Shown: positions 48,401-57,789, counted from the stretch's first letter. The stretch: DNA of 64,000 bases from Aplysia californica (GCF_000002075.1 NW_004797726.1:542335-606334); one strand, 5' to 3'. Program-made: numbers and translations. The notes: a model not told the origin generated them from the letters alone.

Positions 48401-49652
48401 TCAGGCGTGTCTGGAGAGTGCATGGATCAAGAAGGCAGCCATGCACCGCAGCTCTCCCATCCGACCCAAGCCCATCAACATGACCCGCTTGTCCGACTTC
48501 ATTCAGAGGAGGAAGCACCAGGTGAGTGCAGCGGTTGGATGGAGGGCGCCACCAGTAAATCCTACTTCTTCTGTTTCCATCTATTGTTTCTGTCTGTCTT
48601 TCTTGCTTTTCCTCTTCCCTAAATGACTGTTATGATGTACAAAAAAGTGGAAAGACCTAGAATAATGCCAAGAAGCTAGCTTAAGATAGGGAAAATGGAA
48701 AATATATGTCTGTGGCCTATACCCTGATTCAGGATGAGAAAGACCAGGATGAAATGATGATGACGATATGACTGTTGTTGTTCATCAAAGTGCTTCTCTT
48801 TATTCAAACAAACAAGGAGCACGGTCTAGTGGACCCAAAGTCGAACCCTTTCTGTATATGTCTGGGCAAGACGAGTATTTGAGTCTGTCACATTTAGACA
48901 GATACTAATAGAAATTTCCTCCTGAAAGTTTTAAGAGTATTATAGTTTACAGATTTTAGGATACAGATTTCAGGACANNNNNNNNNNNNNNNNNNNNNNN
49001 NNNNNNNNNNNNNNNNNNNNNNNNNNNNNNNNNNNNNNNNNNNNNNNNNNNNNNNNNNNNNNNNNNNNNNNNNNNNNCCCCTCATCTTGTTGGACTGAAC
49101 ACAGATAGCAAAAGAACTGTAGCCAGCTTGTGACAAATGACCACTTACTTCAGGACTTCTAGACCTTGTTCATTTTGCTCCATTGTATGAAGCTTCTGTC
49201 TCATGCTTCACCGTGTCATTTTAAATAGCAGAGCTCTATGAATCTGGTTTGTCAGTTTTATAGAAACTGACTTACTTAACAGTATTGACTGCTTCTATAC
49301 TTTGAAAGAAAATACGGTGCAGCCTCTCTATAACGACCTTCGATATAACAACATCCTCTGTATAACGACATGGTGCCCAGGTCCCGATTTTTTCTGTGTA
49401 TATCATTAGCAAATTTTGGTTGCCTCTCTATAACGACATTTAGTCTGGTCCCGACGATGTTGTTATAGAGAGGCCGCACTGTATTTCATTGATGGATCAG
49501 AAAAGTGAAACAGTAAAAATTTAATTGAAGTTAAAAATCAGTTGTTCTTGTATAAAATTTGCTCTCTTGTGTGTGTTTAGGGTTGCAGTTACTCATTTTC
49601 TTCTCATCTGTTATTTCAGAGCGACGCTTTTATCCTGAAGTCTCTACCCTGA
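4702..49652 (+). CDS. TRIO: Trio/Kalirin-like multidomain RhoGEF-kinase, 3' half (26 exons found, about 1,360 codons; gene span, introns included)
   Basis: The spliced translation gives DH ([34 protein letters not shown]), PH ([15 protein letters not shown]), [11 protein letters not shown]3, Ig, FN3 and kinase (GKGRF, HLDVKPEN, DFGDA) in Trio/Kalirin order. All introns are GT-AG with matching phases from 8545 onward. Confidence 0.96.
5551..5777 (+). CDS. TRIO: Trio exon, acidic linker ending KAKYLKKR(H/Q)
   Basis: gtgtag| ... CA|gtaagt, phase 0-2; ends at the basic motif just before DH2. Confidence 0.88.
6973..7182 (+). CDS. TRIO: Trio exon DSTGGES...[25 protein letters not shown]...TTKL (out of expected order)
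   Basis: ctccag| ... |gtcagt, 210 nt, phase 0-0; [10 protein letters not shown] matches Trio PPPMAIQQHS. Confidence 0.85.
7634..8398. mobile_element. Tc1/mariner-type MITE
   Basis: TIR CAGTCAAACCTG...CAGGTTTGACTG, TA TSD; second copy inverted at 43928-44740. Confidence 0.9.
8545..8648 (+). CDS. TRIO: Trio DH2 exon [35 protein letters not shown]
   Basis: cccag| ... GA|gtaagt, phase 0-2; near-identical to Trio/Kalirin GEF2. Confidence 0.97.
8868..9291. mobile_element. MITE copy, reverse complement of 12945-13368
   Basis: Internal matches such as tttcagtggtgaaattagcgagaaaatggccaccaaa versus tttggcagccattttctcgataattttacctctgaaa. Confidence 0.78.
9330..9399 (+). CDS. TRIO: Trio DH2 exon [23 protein letters not shown]
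   Basis: ttttcag| ... |gtgagt, phase 2-0. Confidence 0.95.
10273..10362 (+). CDS. TRIO: Trio DH2 exon [30 protein letters not shown]
   Basis: caacag| ... |gtgagt, phase 0-0. Confidence 0.97.
10482..10590 (+). mobile_element. ~190-bp retroposon, internally deleted copy
   Basis: Head tgggtggttggc joined to tail ggcacttatacgaccttat...ttactaaaac. Confidence 0.7.
10922..11014 (+). CDS. TRIO: Trio DH2 exon [31 protein letters not shown]
   Basis: ttttcag| ... |gtaagt; DH CR3 signature. Confidence 0.98.
11566..11694 (+). CDS. TRIO: Trio DH2 end exon DILKYTEK...[18 protein letters not shown]
   Basis: ttccag| ... |gtgagt, phase 0-0. Confidence 0.97.
12236..12271 (+). CDS. TRIO: Trio 36-nt exon [12 protein letters not shown] (start of PH2)
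   Basis: tttcag| ... |gtcagt; matches [10 protein letters not shown] of p63RhoGEF/Trio. Confidence 0.96.
12648..12806 (+). CDS. TRIO: Trio PH2 exon DTLLVSE...[15 protein letters not shown]...FKNSLK
   Basis: ccccag| ... |gtatgg, phase 0-0. Confidence 0.97.
12945..13368. mobile_element. ~420-bp MITE with ~30-bp TIRs (inverted copy at 8868-9291)
   Basis: ggcagcgtggtgaaattaggcgctcgtcaa ... ttgacgagagcctgattccaccgcgtcgtgcc. Confidence 0.8.
13544..13721 (+). CDS. TRIO: Trio PH2 exon VNKMSL...[17 protein letters not shown]
   Basis: ctgcag| ... G|gtgagt, phase 0-1; C-terminal PH helix with the conserved Trp. Confidence 0.96.
14748..14793 (+). CDS. TRIO: Trio exon (A)[14 protein letters not shown](L), Galpha-q-binding PH extension
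   Basis: tctccag| ... TT|gtaagt, phase 1-2; matches the ALxSPIEYQ motif. Confidence 0.96.
15724..15905 (+). mobile_element. ~190-bp retroposon copy
   Basis: Aligns with 1056-1235 from head to tail. Confidence 0.88.
16277..16500 (+). mobile_element. Degenerate tRNA-derived SINE
   Basis: TAGCCTAGCGG A box, gttgtgtccttgg..cactttac, ggacgttaaactcggaggtcc, tail gacaggagcgttaaac. Confidence 0.7.
18473..18571 (+). other. Candidate alternative terminal or poison exon: acceptor, immediate in-frame TGA and RNA hairpin
   Basis: ttgttttttcag|T TGA after the phase-2 exon ending at 14793; 13/14-bp stem between 18478-18491 and 18555-18568. Confidence 0.45.
19900..20610. repeat. Old degenerate tandem array (gacccc-atgttgtc-aaat motifs)
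   Basis: Recurrent cccatgttgtc / aaat(a/t)tgaccc motifs at roughly 30-60 bp spacing. Confidence 0.5.
21711..22398 (+). CDS. TRIO: Trio large Ser/Gly/Ala-rich linker exon [10 protein letters not shown]...SSTTR
   Basis: ctgacag| ... CGG|gtaagt, 688 nt, phase 2-0; bridges 14793 and 35302 in frame; GC-rich 229-codon ORF. Confidence 0.9.
23745..24270. repeat. GT-rich ~46-bp minisatellite with degenerate flank
   Basis: gtgtgaatagtgtatgg(c/t)tatgtgtgagaagtgtgtgtgtggcgat repeated about 5 times, then decayed units. Confidence 0.88.
27333..27376 (+). CDS. Candidate 44-nt alternative exon [14 protein letters not shown](R)
   Basis: ccgttttctgttctacctagcag| ... TAG|gtcagt; converts phase 0 to phase 2. 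Confidence 0.5.
30757..30835 (+). CDS. Candidate alternative terminal exon [25 protein letters not shown] (polybasic + CaaX)
   Basis: ctgacag|G AAA..., phase-2 entry, TAG at 30833-30835, AATAAA at 30915-30920 followed by T/GT-rich sequence. Confidence 0.6.
33399..33906. mobile_element. Tc1-like MITE (second copy at about 35715-37008, split by the L2 fragment)
   Basis: TIR-like gtaaaaaattcgtggtgc / gtgccacgaatttttgac; internal sequence matches 35778-35850 and 36690-37008. Confidence 0.8.
35302..35525 (+). CDS. TRIO: Trio second SH3 exon [23 protein letters not shown]...[11 protein letters not shown]
   Basis: Pyrimidine tract + gggcag| ... AA|gtatgt, phase 0-2; SH3 motifs FDY and EGWVP. Confidence 0.95.
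35880..36545 (+). mobile_element. 5'-truncated L2/CR1-group LINE (ORF2 C-terminus + 3'UTR + (TTA)n tail)
   Basis: [34 protein letters not shown]...[17 protein letters not shown]...SFKRHL; flanked by a possible TSD ttaaattta. Confidence 0.92.
37375..37530 (+). mobile_element. ~190-bp retroposon, 5'-truncated copy
   Basis: ctttcctatccaacatctatcatcc...tactaaaa. Confidence 0.7.
37589..37745 (+). CDS. TRIO: Trio linker exon [12 protein letters not shown]...DGKPRVK (NAGNAG acceptor, alternative start 37586)
   Basis: aacagcag| ... AAG|gtaagt, phase 2-0. Confidence 0.9.
38420..38635 (+). CDS. TRIO: Trio Ig (I-set) exon 1 LLSPD...[17 protein letters not shown]...ATLQ
   Basis: caacag| ... |gtgagt, phase 0-0; I-set Cys and Trp. 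Confidence 0.96.
38731..39575 (-). mobile_element. RTE-clade LINE fragment, interrupted by the SINE at 38749-39275
   Basis: [25 protein letters not shown]...NKCLRKLL plus a WIGHTLRK remnant at about 39288-39312. Confidence 0.9.
38749..39275 (+). mobile_element. Full-length tRNA-derived SINE with Nin/Deu-like central domain
   Basis: A box TGGCCTAGAGG, B box GGTTCGATTCC, core ggaggacccgtgt...gcacgttaaagatccc...aagagtagg, A-rich tail, and 11-bp TSD cagctgcctga (38738-38748 / 39276-39286). Confidence 0.92.
39760..39856 (+). CDS. TRIO: Trio Ig exon 2 [21 protein letters not shown]...
   Basis: tctcag| ... G|gtgagt; DxGxYxC motif. Confidence 0.96.
40593..40751 (+). CDS. TRIO: FN3 exon 1 (D)RPGPPGLP...LEWAPP...GYTVEYREA
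   Basis: ttcctcag| ... G|gtgagt, phase 1-1. Confidence 0.95.
41077..41345 (+). mobile_element. ~280-bp retroposon, longer relative of the 190-bp family
   Basis: Aligns with 53813-54095; shared 3' tail catatgaccttatgcag. Confidence 0.85.
41755..41922 (+). CDS. TRIO: FN3 exon 2 (G)ATAWQL...[24 protein letters not shown]
   Basis: ttccag| ... G|gtaagt, phase 1-1. Confidence 0.96.
42033..42215 (-). mobile_element. ~190-bp retroposon copy nested in a MITE remnant (about 41946-42319)
   Basis: Reverse complement of the family; host ends caggtttgactgta. Confidence 0.82.
42760..42844 (+). CDS. TRIO: Kinase exon 1 (E)[27 protein letters not shown](K)
   Basis: ctacag| ... AA|gtaagt, phase 1-2. Confidence 0.94.
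43604..43927. repeat. Perfect 30-bp tandem repeat, about 10.8 copies (tagaaaaggtcgtattcacaagtatttgtt)
   Basis: Identical units with no spacers. Confidence 0.98.
43928..44740. mobile_element. Tc1/mariner-type MITE (same family as 7634-8398, opposite orientation)
   Basis: TIR CAGTCGAACCTG...CAGGTTCGACTG, TA TSD. Confidence 0.92.
45215..45415 (+). CDS. TRIO: Kinase exon 2 GRFSIVHRC...LAVKLITK...YLIIMQ(L)
   Basis: ttccctag| ... CT|gtgagt, phase 2-2; G-loop and beta3 Lys. Confidence 0.96.
45448..45605. repeat. 27-bp G/T-rich minisatellite, about 6 copies
   Basis: gtgtgtttgtgggtgggt(g/a)gatggtag. Confidence 0.95.
46086..46224 (+). CDS. TRIO: Kinase exon 3 LDQGRLLEF...[13 protein letters not shown]
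   Basis: gatcag| ... |gtgaga, phase 2-0; catalytic HLD. Confidence 0.96.
46545..46725. repeat. ~30-bp degenerate tandem repeat (tcaatgaaa(g/a)tgat...)
   Basis: About 5-6 recurrences of atcaatgaaa. Confidence 0.75.
46774..46949 (+). CDS. TRIO: Kinase exon 4 PENL...DFGDA...GHPEFTSPE...TDI(W)
   Basis: tttcag| ... TG|gtcagt, phase 0-2. Confidence 0.97.
47009..47346. mobile_element. hAT-like MITE
   Basis: TIR CAGGGTTTGTAC / GTATGAACCCTG; imperfect GT-rich flanking duplication. Confidence 0.7.
47854..48033 (+). CDS. TRIO: Kinase exon 5 [25 protein letters not shown]...
   Basis: ccccag| ... GG|gtaagt, phase 2-2; SGVSPFLD as in Trio/Kalirin. Confidence 0.97.
48386..48521 (+). CDS. TRIO: Kinase exon 6 [14 protein letters not shown]...[12 protein letters not shown]
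   Basis: ctacag| ... |gtgagt, phase 2-0; matches the Trio tail FIERRKHQ. Confidence 0.96.
49315..49481. mobile_element. 167-bp Tc1/mariner (pogo/Tigger-like) MITE
   Basis: TIR CGGTGCAGCCTCTCTATAAC / GTTATAGAGAGGCCGCACTG, TA TSD. Confidence 0.9.
49620..49652 (+). CDS. TRIO: Terminal coding exon [10 protein letters not shown]
   Basis: ttatttcag|, phase 0, TGA at 49650-49652, followed by long T-rich UTR-like sequence (AATAAA at 50762, 53271, 57317 and others). Confidence 0.85.
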   Translation, partial: SDAFILKSLP

Positions 49653-51469
49653 GACAACTCTTACACAAGATGGCTCCTTACTTATCATTAGACAACTCAA
49701 GACTTTTTATCCCTCAAACCTGATTGGCTGGTTTTCTTACAAATCTCTACATCCTTTTCTGTGTACTTCTTGTTGAAGCACCTGTATGTCATGAGACTTT
49801 TTGACTGTAGCATCTGACAGATACAGAGGAGTTTTTTATTTTAAATATTTTTTTGGGGTCAGTTTTGTCTTTGTTTCTTGACTGTGATGTTTAACGTGAA
49901 AATTCGTGATACAGTGGAGTGTGTTCTTGAAAGTTTGAGGAAAAACTTTGTGCTTGTTGTAAGGGTCGACTCGATAAGAAACTCAAGATTGTCATGGAAG
50001 CTGCTACGAGACATTCTTGATTATTTTACCTTGGCGCAGAGATGACAGTATTTGACTTTATGGGATACATTTGAAGACCGAGTGACAGACGTATTTGGCA
50101 GTTGGTTTTTATGCATTTAAATTCAGTATGCAGATAATATGAGAGACCTTTGAGCAATTTTTCTGCATGTTGTATTTGTTGAGAGTCACTGTGAGGATGT
50201 GGTGCACAAATATGTATTCATCTTGGTATCTGGATTTGTTTTGGTGGAATGTTGAAGCTTCATATCACACTGGTATATATAAGACTTGCTGCCACCTTCA
50301 TATCAGTGGGCAGATGATTGTATGGGTTTCTTTCTTTTATTTTTTTAAATAATTTTTTTTCTTCTTTTTTTTTGGGGTGCGTGAGGCCTGACTTTGCCAA
50401 TGAATGACTGAGTTTATTTTTGTATATTTCTCTAAACTTTTCTCACTGGTGTAATTACATTGAATACAAACTCATGCTTCTGGACATACACATTGTTTAC
50501 CAATAACTCATCTGTAGAAATTCGCTTTAAGTGTACTTGAAAGTGTTTTGTTCATTACTGCCACCTGTTGCAGAGAGTGTCTGATTCGATGCCTTGAAAA
50601 TTTGTTGTAAATAATTTTGACTTTCTCCCTGTACACTAGTTTGACTTTCCCACATTTCCTCTTTCTGTCAGTTCAGTAATTCAGTTTTCACTTCTGATAC
50701 TACTAAGAAGTGAAAGGAATGCATGGTTTAGTCTTCATAAAGCTGTGTATACTATACTAGTAATAAAGTGTGGACTTGGAGCAGTTATGTGCACTGTGAA
50801 ATAACTGTTGAATGTGAAACTAGGACAGTTATCTTTACTTCTGGACAGCAGTAGGAAGTTTTGTCTGTGAGGCGTACTAACAAAATGAGTTACCGCTCGC
50901 AATTCACAAATGGAAATATTAGCTAAAGAGCGATGCTGATCTTAACTTTGTAGATTTTCAATGGATGCCATTTTGTTTAATTATAATATGATTTTAATTT
51001 TTTCTTAATTATAAACTGTACAAACACTACCTACACATTAGACTTATCTATTTCCAGAGGGCTAAAATCCAAGAAGTAACTCATTCTGTCAGCCCGCCTG
51101 GCATATTGTTAGCCTTTGATTATATTCATCGCCCTACCAGATACAGATAGGTAATTTTGATGGCGAAGCTTTTGACACTGAAGTGGTGGGACGGAAGAAG
51201 ACGAGATGGTACAACATGGTACCTAATGCCAAACGTGTAAAGCTGACATTAGATGTTTTCTGTGTAAATATTTTGTATTTTCCACATGACAAGGGTTGCC
51301 CCCCCCCCTCCTGGTGAACAGCAGGCCTGGCCTATTTATTTCCCACCAACCTACTGGAGTAGGGCAGTGGAGAGAAGACTTGAGAAGAATGTTTGAGTTA
51401 TGAATGCTGGTGTTGTGAATGCAATGTTTAGATTTAACTACAATAAAAGATGATGGGCCACACAACTAG

Positions 51470-51860
51470 ACCGTGGGCTACTGTAGCGGATAAATGACTT
51501 CAGGAACAGATGACTGGCTATAATAAACTGTTGAGTGGCAATGATGACTGATGACTAGCTGCAGTAGCGGATGGCTACAGTACCACCTTAAAAGATGACT
51601 AGCTACTGTAGCAGGCAAGTGGCTACAATGCTGCCATAAGAAATGACTAGCTGCAGTAGCAGGCAAGTGGCTACAGTGCTACCATAAGAGATGACTAGCT
51701 GCAGTAGCAGACAAGTGGCTGCCGTACTATCATAACAGATGACTAGCTGCAGTAGCAAACGATTAACTGCAGAACTGACAAGAGGCTATGGTTACGGATG
51801 ATTGACAAGATGACTGTTGACTGACAGCAGTAGCAGGCTGCAGTAACAGATGACTGGCCA
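51470..51860. repeat. ~48-bp degenerate tandem repeat in the putative 3'UTR
   Basis: gatgactagctgcagtagcaggcaagtggctacagtgctaccataa units. Confidence 0.88.
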
Positions 51861-53646
51861 CAATAAGAAGTGGTGGAGACTACCAATAGATTAATAGACA
51901 AGTTAGTAACCAGATTTTAAAATGTAAATTCTTAATGCACAATTATTTTGTAAATTATTGACCCTATCTTCACTGAACATACATTGTGAAATGTTAACAT
52001 TGTCAACAGTAGCATACTTTGAAAAATATTATCAGATTATCGCAAAATTTCTTTTAAAATTGTTATTAATTTTATCTCTCTCTATCAATCTTTCATAGTT
52101 TACCGACTTCGAAATGCATATCTAGAAAAATGATAACATTGCATGTAACTTCATTAACGTTATTCATAAAATGTGAATATTACCACCAGAGACATCTGAA
52201 AGTATATATGTTAAAATATTTTCAGTATGTAGACATCCTGTAAAATGTTAACTCTTTCATCATAGACATCCACTCTTTCTCTCGGTGATGCTCAATCTAC
52301 TTAGTTCATCTGGGGTGCTGCTTGATGCTTCATTTCTCCTACTCAGTTCAAAATTTTTGTGTGAGGTGCAACTTCGGACTCACCTTCTCTTTAATTCCTT
52401 TAAAAGAGACTGCACAAATAGATGTTTTATTCAAGAATGTAGAGAGACGGAGATGTACTGCATTGTTTTCCATGCTCTGATTTACTCTTGAATCGGTGAC
52501 ATTGTGGGGAAGATTTCAAGAAAGTGTCGTTAAGCTTGTTTAGAAGATTTTAGTCAGTAGAATTCTGGAGGATGACCTGTCTCTGAAAGTTTACTATGAG
52601 TATGATGATATACTTTCTTTTCTTATCGTAGAGAGATGAGAATCCAATGTAGGAGTATAGAGAATTTGGACTCAAGACTGTTTCCATCAACGAGGTAGTT
52701 TATCATAAGACCATAAGTTCAGGTCACAAAACAAAGGGTGTGTTTCCATCTTTTCACTGTCTAGCAGTGTATATATACACACATTTATGTTCCCACTAGA
52801 CATTTTGCAACCATTCACCAATTCACCTGTCATGTTCTGTCTATTGACCGTACTTCTGCTCAATCTGGACTTGTACACATATCCCCAAACATTAGATGTT
52901 CTTATTGATCCTTCAACTACCCATACTTTAGCTGCTAACATGGGTCCTTCACACACCTGAACATTAGATGTCATCATGTTTCAGATTTGGCTTAATGTAG
53001 AATTTGTTAGCTTTGATTTGATGTCACTTTTATTGCACACTTTTTCATTACCATTACTTTTATGGTGTACAATACTTTTTCTATTTGAGGTAAATCCTAG
53101 TGATTGAAATATTTTCAATCAGTCAGATCTTCTGTTTTGAGCAATGACCTTCTTTAAATACACATTCACTATTTACTCTGAAGTCCACTGTGCCGATATC
53201 AGTACCCCTCCCCTTTCCCATATTCTCTCCTAGTTTGGAAGACTGGTTTATCATAATTCTCATATTGTATAATAAAAAGACTTGCCACTTTTTTCATCTC
53301 CACAGTACATAGTAGCTCTCAATATTCTCATGTTCTTGTGAATTATTTTGAAACATTTTTTCGCGTCCCAAGAAAAGTATTTGACTTGGTCTGACACTGC
53401 TTTACAGGGTGAATAAAACAATGTGGAGTTTCTTCTTTTTTTTTTCTCTTTTTTGCGATGTAACGATTTGCATTCTGATAACTGGGGACAATGATAGTCT
53501 TCTCCCTTAGTGGCAAAACTTCACCAAATTCATCAATGTGTGATATTTTCGCCCATGAAGATCACTGAAAAATAAGGCCCATTGTCTTTGTAAGACAGGT
53601 TTTCTCTGTCTATGTCAAATCCCGTCACACATGTACATGCATAATA

Positions 53647-54216
53647 CAGTGGAGTTTGCTTAAACAGAGCATATACCCCCCCTGGGGCGGAGCTACTGAC
53701 TCAAGTGTCTTTAGGCCATTTCTAAGGGGGGGGGGGGGGGGGGGGGGCATTAACATGTTCTAATGCTCAGTAGAATTGTAAATGGGCTGATTCATCAATG
53801 TCATGCTCATAACTGTGCCTGAAGGGCAATGGAGGACTGCTGCTCTTTCTTTCCTAATCCTTACTATCATCTTCTCTACTTCTTTTGTATGTTTGTCACA
53901 CTCTTGTGACCTGCTCTTTCCGGGATGCCTTGATAGTCGAAGTAGACTTTGTGCTGTTGAAGCTAGAGAGGTGAGCAGAGTAAGCCTGATTCCCTGTATG
54001 GACTTCTCTGTTGACATCCACCCCTTGGCGCTCATATGACCTTATGCAGTCGCAAGTGCAGTAAAAACTCTATTAAAACTATAAAACTAAAACTGAACAT
54101 AGTCAATCTAAAAGAAAGTAAAATCCCCAGTTTGAGCAACCTCTGTAAACAAAAACTCGGACAAACTGAAGGAAATCTGACGGGCCCGCCGATTTTGGTT
54201 TAAGCAGACTCCGCTG
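53647..54216. mobile_element. Tc1/mariner-type MITE in the putative 3'UTR
   Basis: TIR CAGTGGAGTTTGCTTAAAC / GTTTAAGCAGACTCCGCTG, TA TSD. Confidence 0.88.
53813..54095 (+). mobile_element. ~280-bp retroposon copy nested in the MITE at 53647-54216
   Basis: Aligns with 41077-41345; ends taaaactataaaactaaaac. Confidence 0.85.
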
Positions 54217-56771
54217 TAGTGTGTCTTTTCATAAGCCAGACATCAGAGTTAGCTGAAATTGGCCTCTCTTGTGACCCAGTTTCTTAAACTGTGTCTTAGT
54301 TGAGTTTTCTGTTACGGTACTCAAATTTGTTGAGTTTGGTATTAATTGCTGTATGTACCACATACCATGTGAGCTTTCTTCTTCTACACTGACTGACTTT
54401 TTTTCTCCTTCTTCCTCTCCCAACCACTGTATGTATACAACCCATGAGCTTTCTTTCTTCTCGTCTGTTTGAAAGCTTTCCCCCTCCATCTCCCAATACT
54501 TACTTCATCTTTTCTTTTTCGAGTTTTTTGTCAGATTGTATGTAGGTGAGTCTGTTTGTATTGCTGTTGATTGATGATGGATGTGTCGTGTCTGATGACA
54601 AAACATTGCAATGTCTGGTACTTGTTTACCGTCTCTGTTATTTTTGGTTTGACACAATTGCCTCTCCCGGAGTTCATCTCATAAGACTGACTGGCTAGAT
54701 GTACACATTTACATGTATATACTATAATGTTTGCGTGTCTGAGAGTAGCGAGAGTTCATGCTGTTGCTGGATGATCAACAGACATTCACACACGCAAAGA
54801 GAGAATGAAGGAGAGAGAAAGAACGAGTGACATTTTGGGCGCCCATGAGTGAGAATTAAGTTCTGAAGAATTAATTCAAACTTAAGATTTTGCACTTTGA
54901 TTATTAATAACCGTTTCTCTTCTCTATTTCACCTTGGTTTGTCTGTAGCTAAGAGTTCATTCTTCCTACTCTGTAGAAGGGTACATGGTATGTGTGAACT
55001 AGTAACTGTGTGTTTGATGGATGTTACGAGAACTAGGTGGAGCTTATGGGTGGCGTGGAACTGAATGTCCCATAATAATGAGTTATGGGCAGCATCGCTA
55101 CAAGGAATAAAAACAATACCTGTATAAGTTTCATGTGAAATATGTCAAACTTTGAAAATGTCATAGCTTTTTAATTTAGTGGAAGATAGAGCCTGAAACT
55201 AAAGTCTTTGTAAATTATGACGATGGTCATACAGAGAAAAGAGCGAATGCCATATTTTTTTTGCTCTTGAAATTAGTTTCTACCGAACATCAGGGTTATG
55301 AAAAATCTACCAGAACTCGTATGCATTGAAACACCCTTCTGATGAGAAATAATCTTTTCTGTCCCAGCCTTAAAGAATGTCAGCTTCAAACTTTGTGTTT
55401 CCCCTCATTTACTCAAGAGTATTCACATCAACTCTATTCAACTTAAACCTCCCCTCTGATCTTGAAGACAAGATGTGAGGCACACGAGATTAAGGTGGAC
55501 CGCATAATGTGAACCGACAACACTGAAGTAGCGACCTCAAACAAAATCAGGTCATTACGCGTCCCCACCTCTGAGTCTGAGCCAGAGATGACACCTTCCG
55601 ACATCTGTGTGCAAGTCAGGGGCTATTTACAGCAGCGTTCCTGTACTTTGACTGGAGCTGGTTGAGAAACTGAAGGCTAGTGTTTACTATGTAAACAAAA
55701 GTTGGCAGTATTGCTAGTGATCAGAAGGATTCAGAGACCCCTTGCTTTGTGCATGGTAAAATGCTATCTTAACTCTGTCGTTGCCAAACCAGCTGAAAAA
55801 TCTGCGAATAGAAATAGCCTAGCTGTCTCTGGCCTAGTGGCGGAGGGATTAACGTGTCCGGATAATATCATAATATTAACATCAACTCTTTTAGTCAGGA
55901 TGAATCTTATGTGGAGTAATAAACAGAAATTATGAGTTATAGCAATGATAGTACATAACAAGATGGGCCACTTCTCTCTTTGAGCCAATTAAAAAAGTGT
56001 CCTCAAAATTTGGTGGCGCCCTCTTCACAAAAGCGCATTCTTTGCGAACAGAGTTACCCTACTTGAGTTTTTAAAAATCAATGTGAAACTAGCATGTTTT
56101 GGGATAAATTTCGGAAGAACGCTTTTTTAAAATGGTTACGCTGACAAAAAACCTTTTCCGGAGGAAAGGGTGGTGGTTTTCTTCGTTTAATTTGACTTTA
56201 GAATGAAAGGCGAGAGGTCATTAAAATAAAATAAAAAACCTAAAACTACGCACTGAACGTACCCGAACTGCTGATGAACAGCAGTCGATCTGCGCACGCA
56301 AGGAGGTGCTATTCCTATTCTTCTTCTGGAAAAACGAAAGAGAGCTTCAAAACAGACTGCAGCGCCATCTGAAGCAAAGAGCATACTTCCTGCGGACACT
56401 TTTTTGGCTGAGTGAACCATCTTGTTATGTACTATCATTGGTTATAGCGCCAATCTATCAAGGATATGTCCTGACGGCGTTAGAGCTGGTGCTAAAATCA
56501 GACCTAGCAGCTTAAAAAAAACCAAAAGCTTTGGGTTGTTTGCTTCTCGACCTCAGCAGTCTGCAGCTAAAGTGACCACCTTCTCATAGGTAGACAGAGC
56601 CCAGCTCTGACGAGACTGGACCAACCGTGGCCTTGGTGTGTCTGCATGTAACAGTCTAAATTCTCAAAGACGACCACTTATTCATTGTCATGAGAAAAGT
56701 GTTGTCTTGTACAGGTGGACTTCACGGACAGGGTCATTACAATGTAGAAAAAATCTCAAGTGAGAAGTGGT

Positions 56772-56932
56772 CGTTTTTTTTCGTAAGAGTTTTACTGCAC
56801 TTGCAGCACAATAAGGTCATATAAGTGCCCAAGAATAGAGGTGATACAAGGGAATAACAAACACAAAAAAGAAGGAGGAGATATAAAGACGAAAGATGTT
56901 TGATAGCAAAGAAGGAGCAAACCACACCAGAG
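56772..56932 (-). mobile_element. ~190-bp retroposon copy nested in a MITE remnant (about 56651-56987)
   Basis: Reverse complement of the family; possible TSD agtggtcgtt/agtggccgtt. Confidence 0.8.
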
Positions 56933-57789
56933 TGGCCGTTAGTGCAGGTGATTGTCTTGGAGAGGTGGCCATTAGAGCAGGTTCAACCACACACATGTGA
57001 AGGGCAACTGGGTACATAATTATGAGCATGACTTGTTTGAATGCTGTTCTGGTAGACCACAGGAATGTTTCCTAGTTATTTTTTTTCTGTGTGAGCCCTA
57101 TGACATCACTATTTTCTGTGTACTTCTTCCCCACTGGCTGTGTACTCCACAGAGAAACATCACAACCTATTAGTCTGGTTTGACTTTTTAATATTCTCAT
57201 AACAAAACCTACTGTATGATTATATTTATTCCTTTTTTTAAATTACGATTTGATAATGTGATCATCATCATCATGACTTCTGTAATATTCTTTATCATCA
57301 TTATATGTATGTTGCAAATAAAAGATAAAATAATTACCATGTTTTGCTCCAAGAATTATTTCTGCAAGGAAAAACTATAAGACATTTTATTACCAAATGT
57401 AAAATGTTCCCGCAAAATTATGAGAACGGCGTCAGATGATTGGATGAACCCAAAATCTTTTTATCATTGTCTAATGTAGATTATTAGAGCACAAACACAC
57501 GGCAGCTTCTGTCACAGCCATCCTTATATTTGACAATGATCTATTTACCTAAGGTGCATTTGATCAAAATCGGGAAAGAGTTTTTTCTAGGTGCAGGAGG
57601 GTTAGCTGAAACTCAACTCAGACAAAACAAACAGCTGTTTTGCCTTTAGTGCAGTTGTCATTAGAGACAATAATTTGAACAAGGAAAATTTGTACCACAG
57701 TCCACTGTAATATCATGATAATAATTGCAATTATGTAGTGCGTATCCACTATACAGCATGCTCTACACCCTTTTTTACTATTATTACCC

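Larger units (their letters stand above)
2116..49077. other. Assembly gaps: 2116-2310, 4207-4306, 7522-7621, 16011-16244, 26474-26634, 27950-28090, 40872-41076, 48978-49077
   Basis: N runs; the 100-N gaps are probably of unknown true size, and most abut microsatellites. Confidence 0.99.

Noticed and set aside
2066-49136. ORFs containing X runs or CV/HT/ER/SL dipeptide repeats
   Set aside because: Artefacts of N gaps and dinucleotide microsatellites.
49650-49660. Readthrough or selenocysteine at the terminal TGA
   Set aside because: The context is TGA-GAC, not TGA-CTAG; no adjacent hairpin or SECIS seen, and the protein end roughly matches the Trio C-terminus position.
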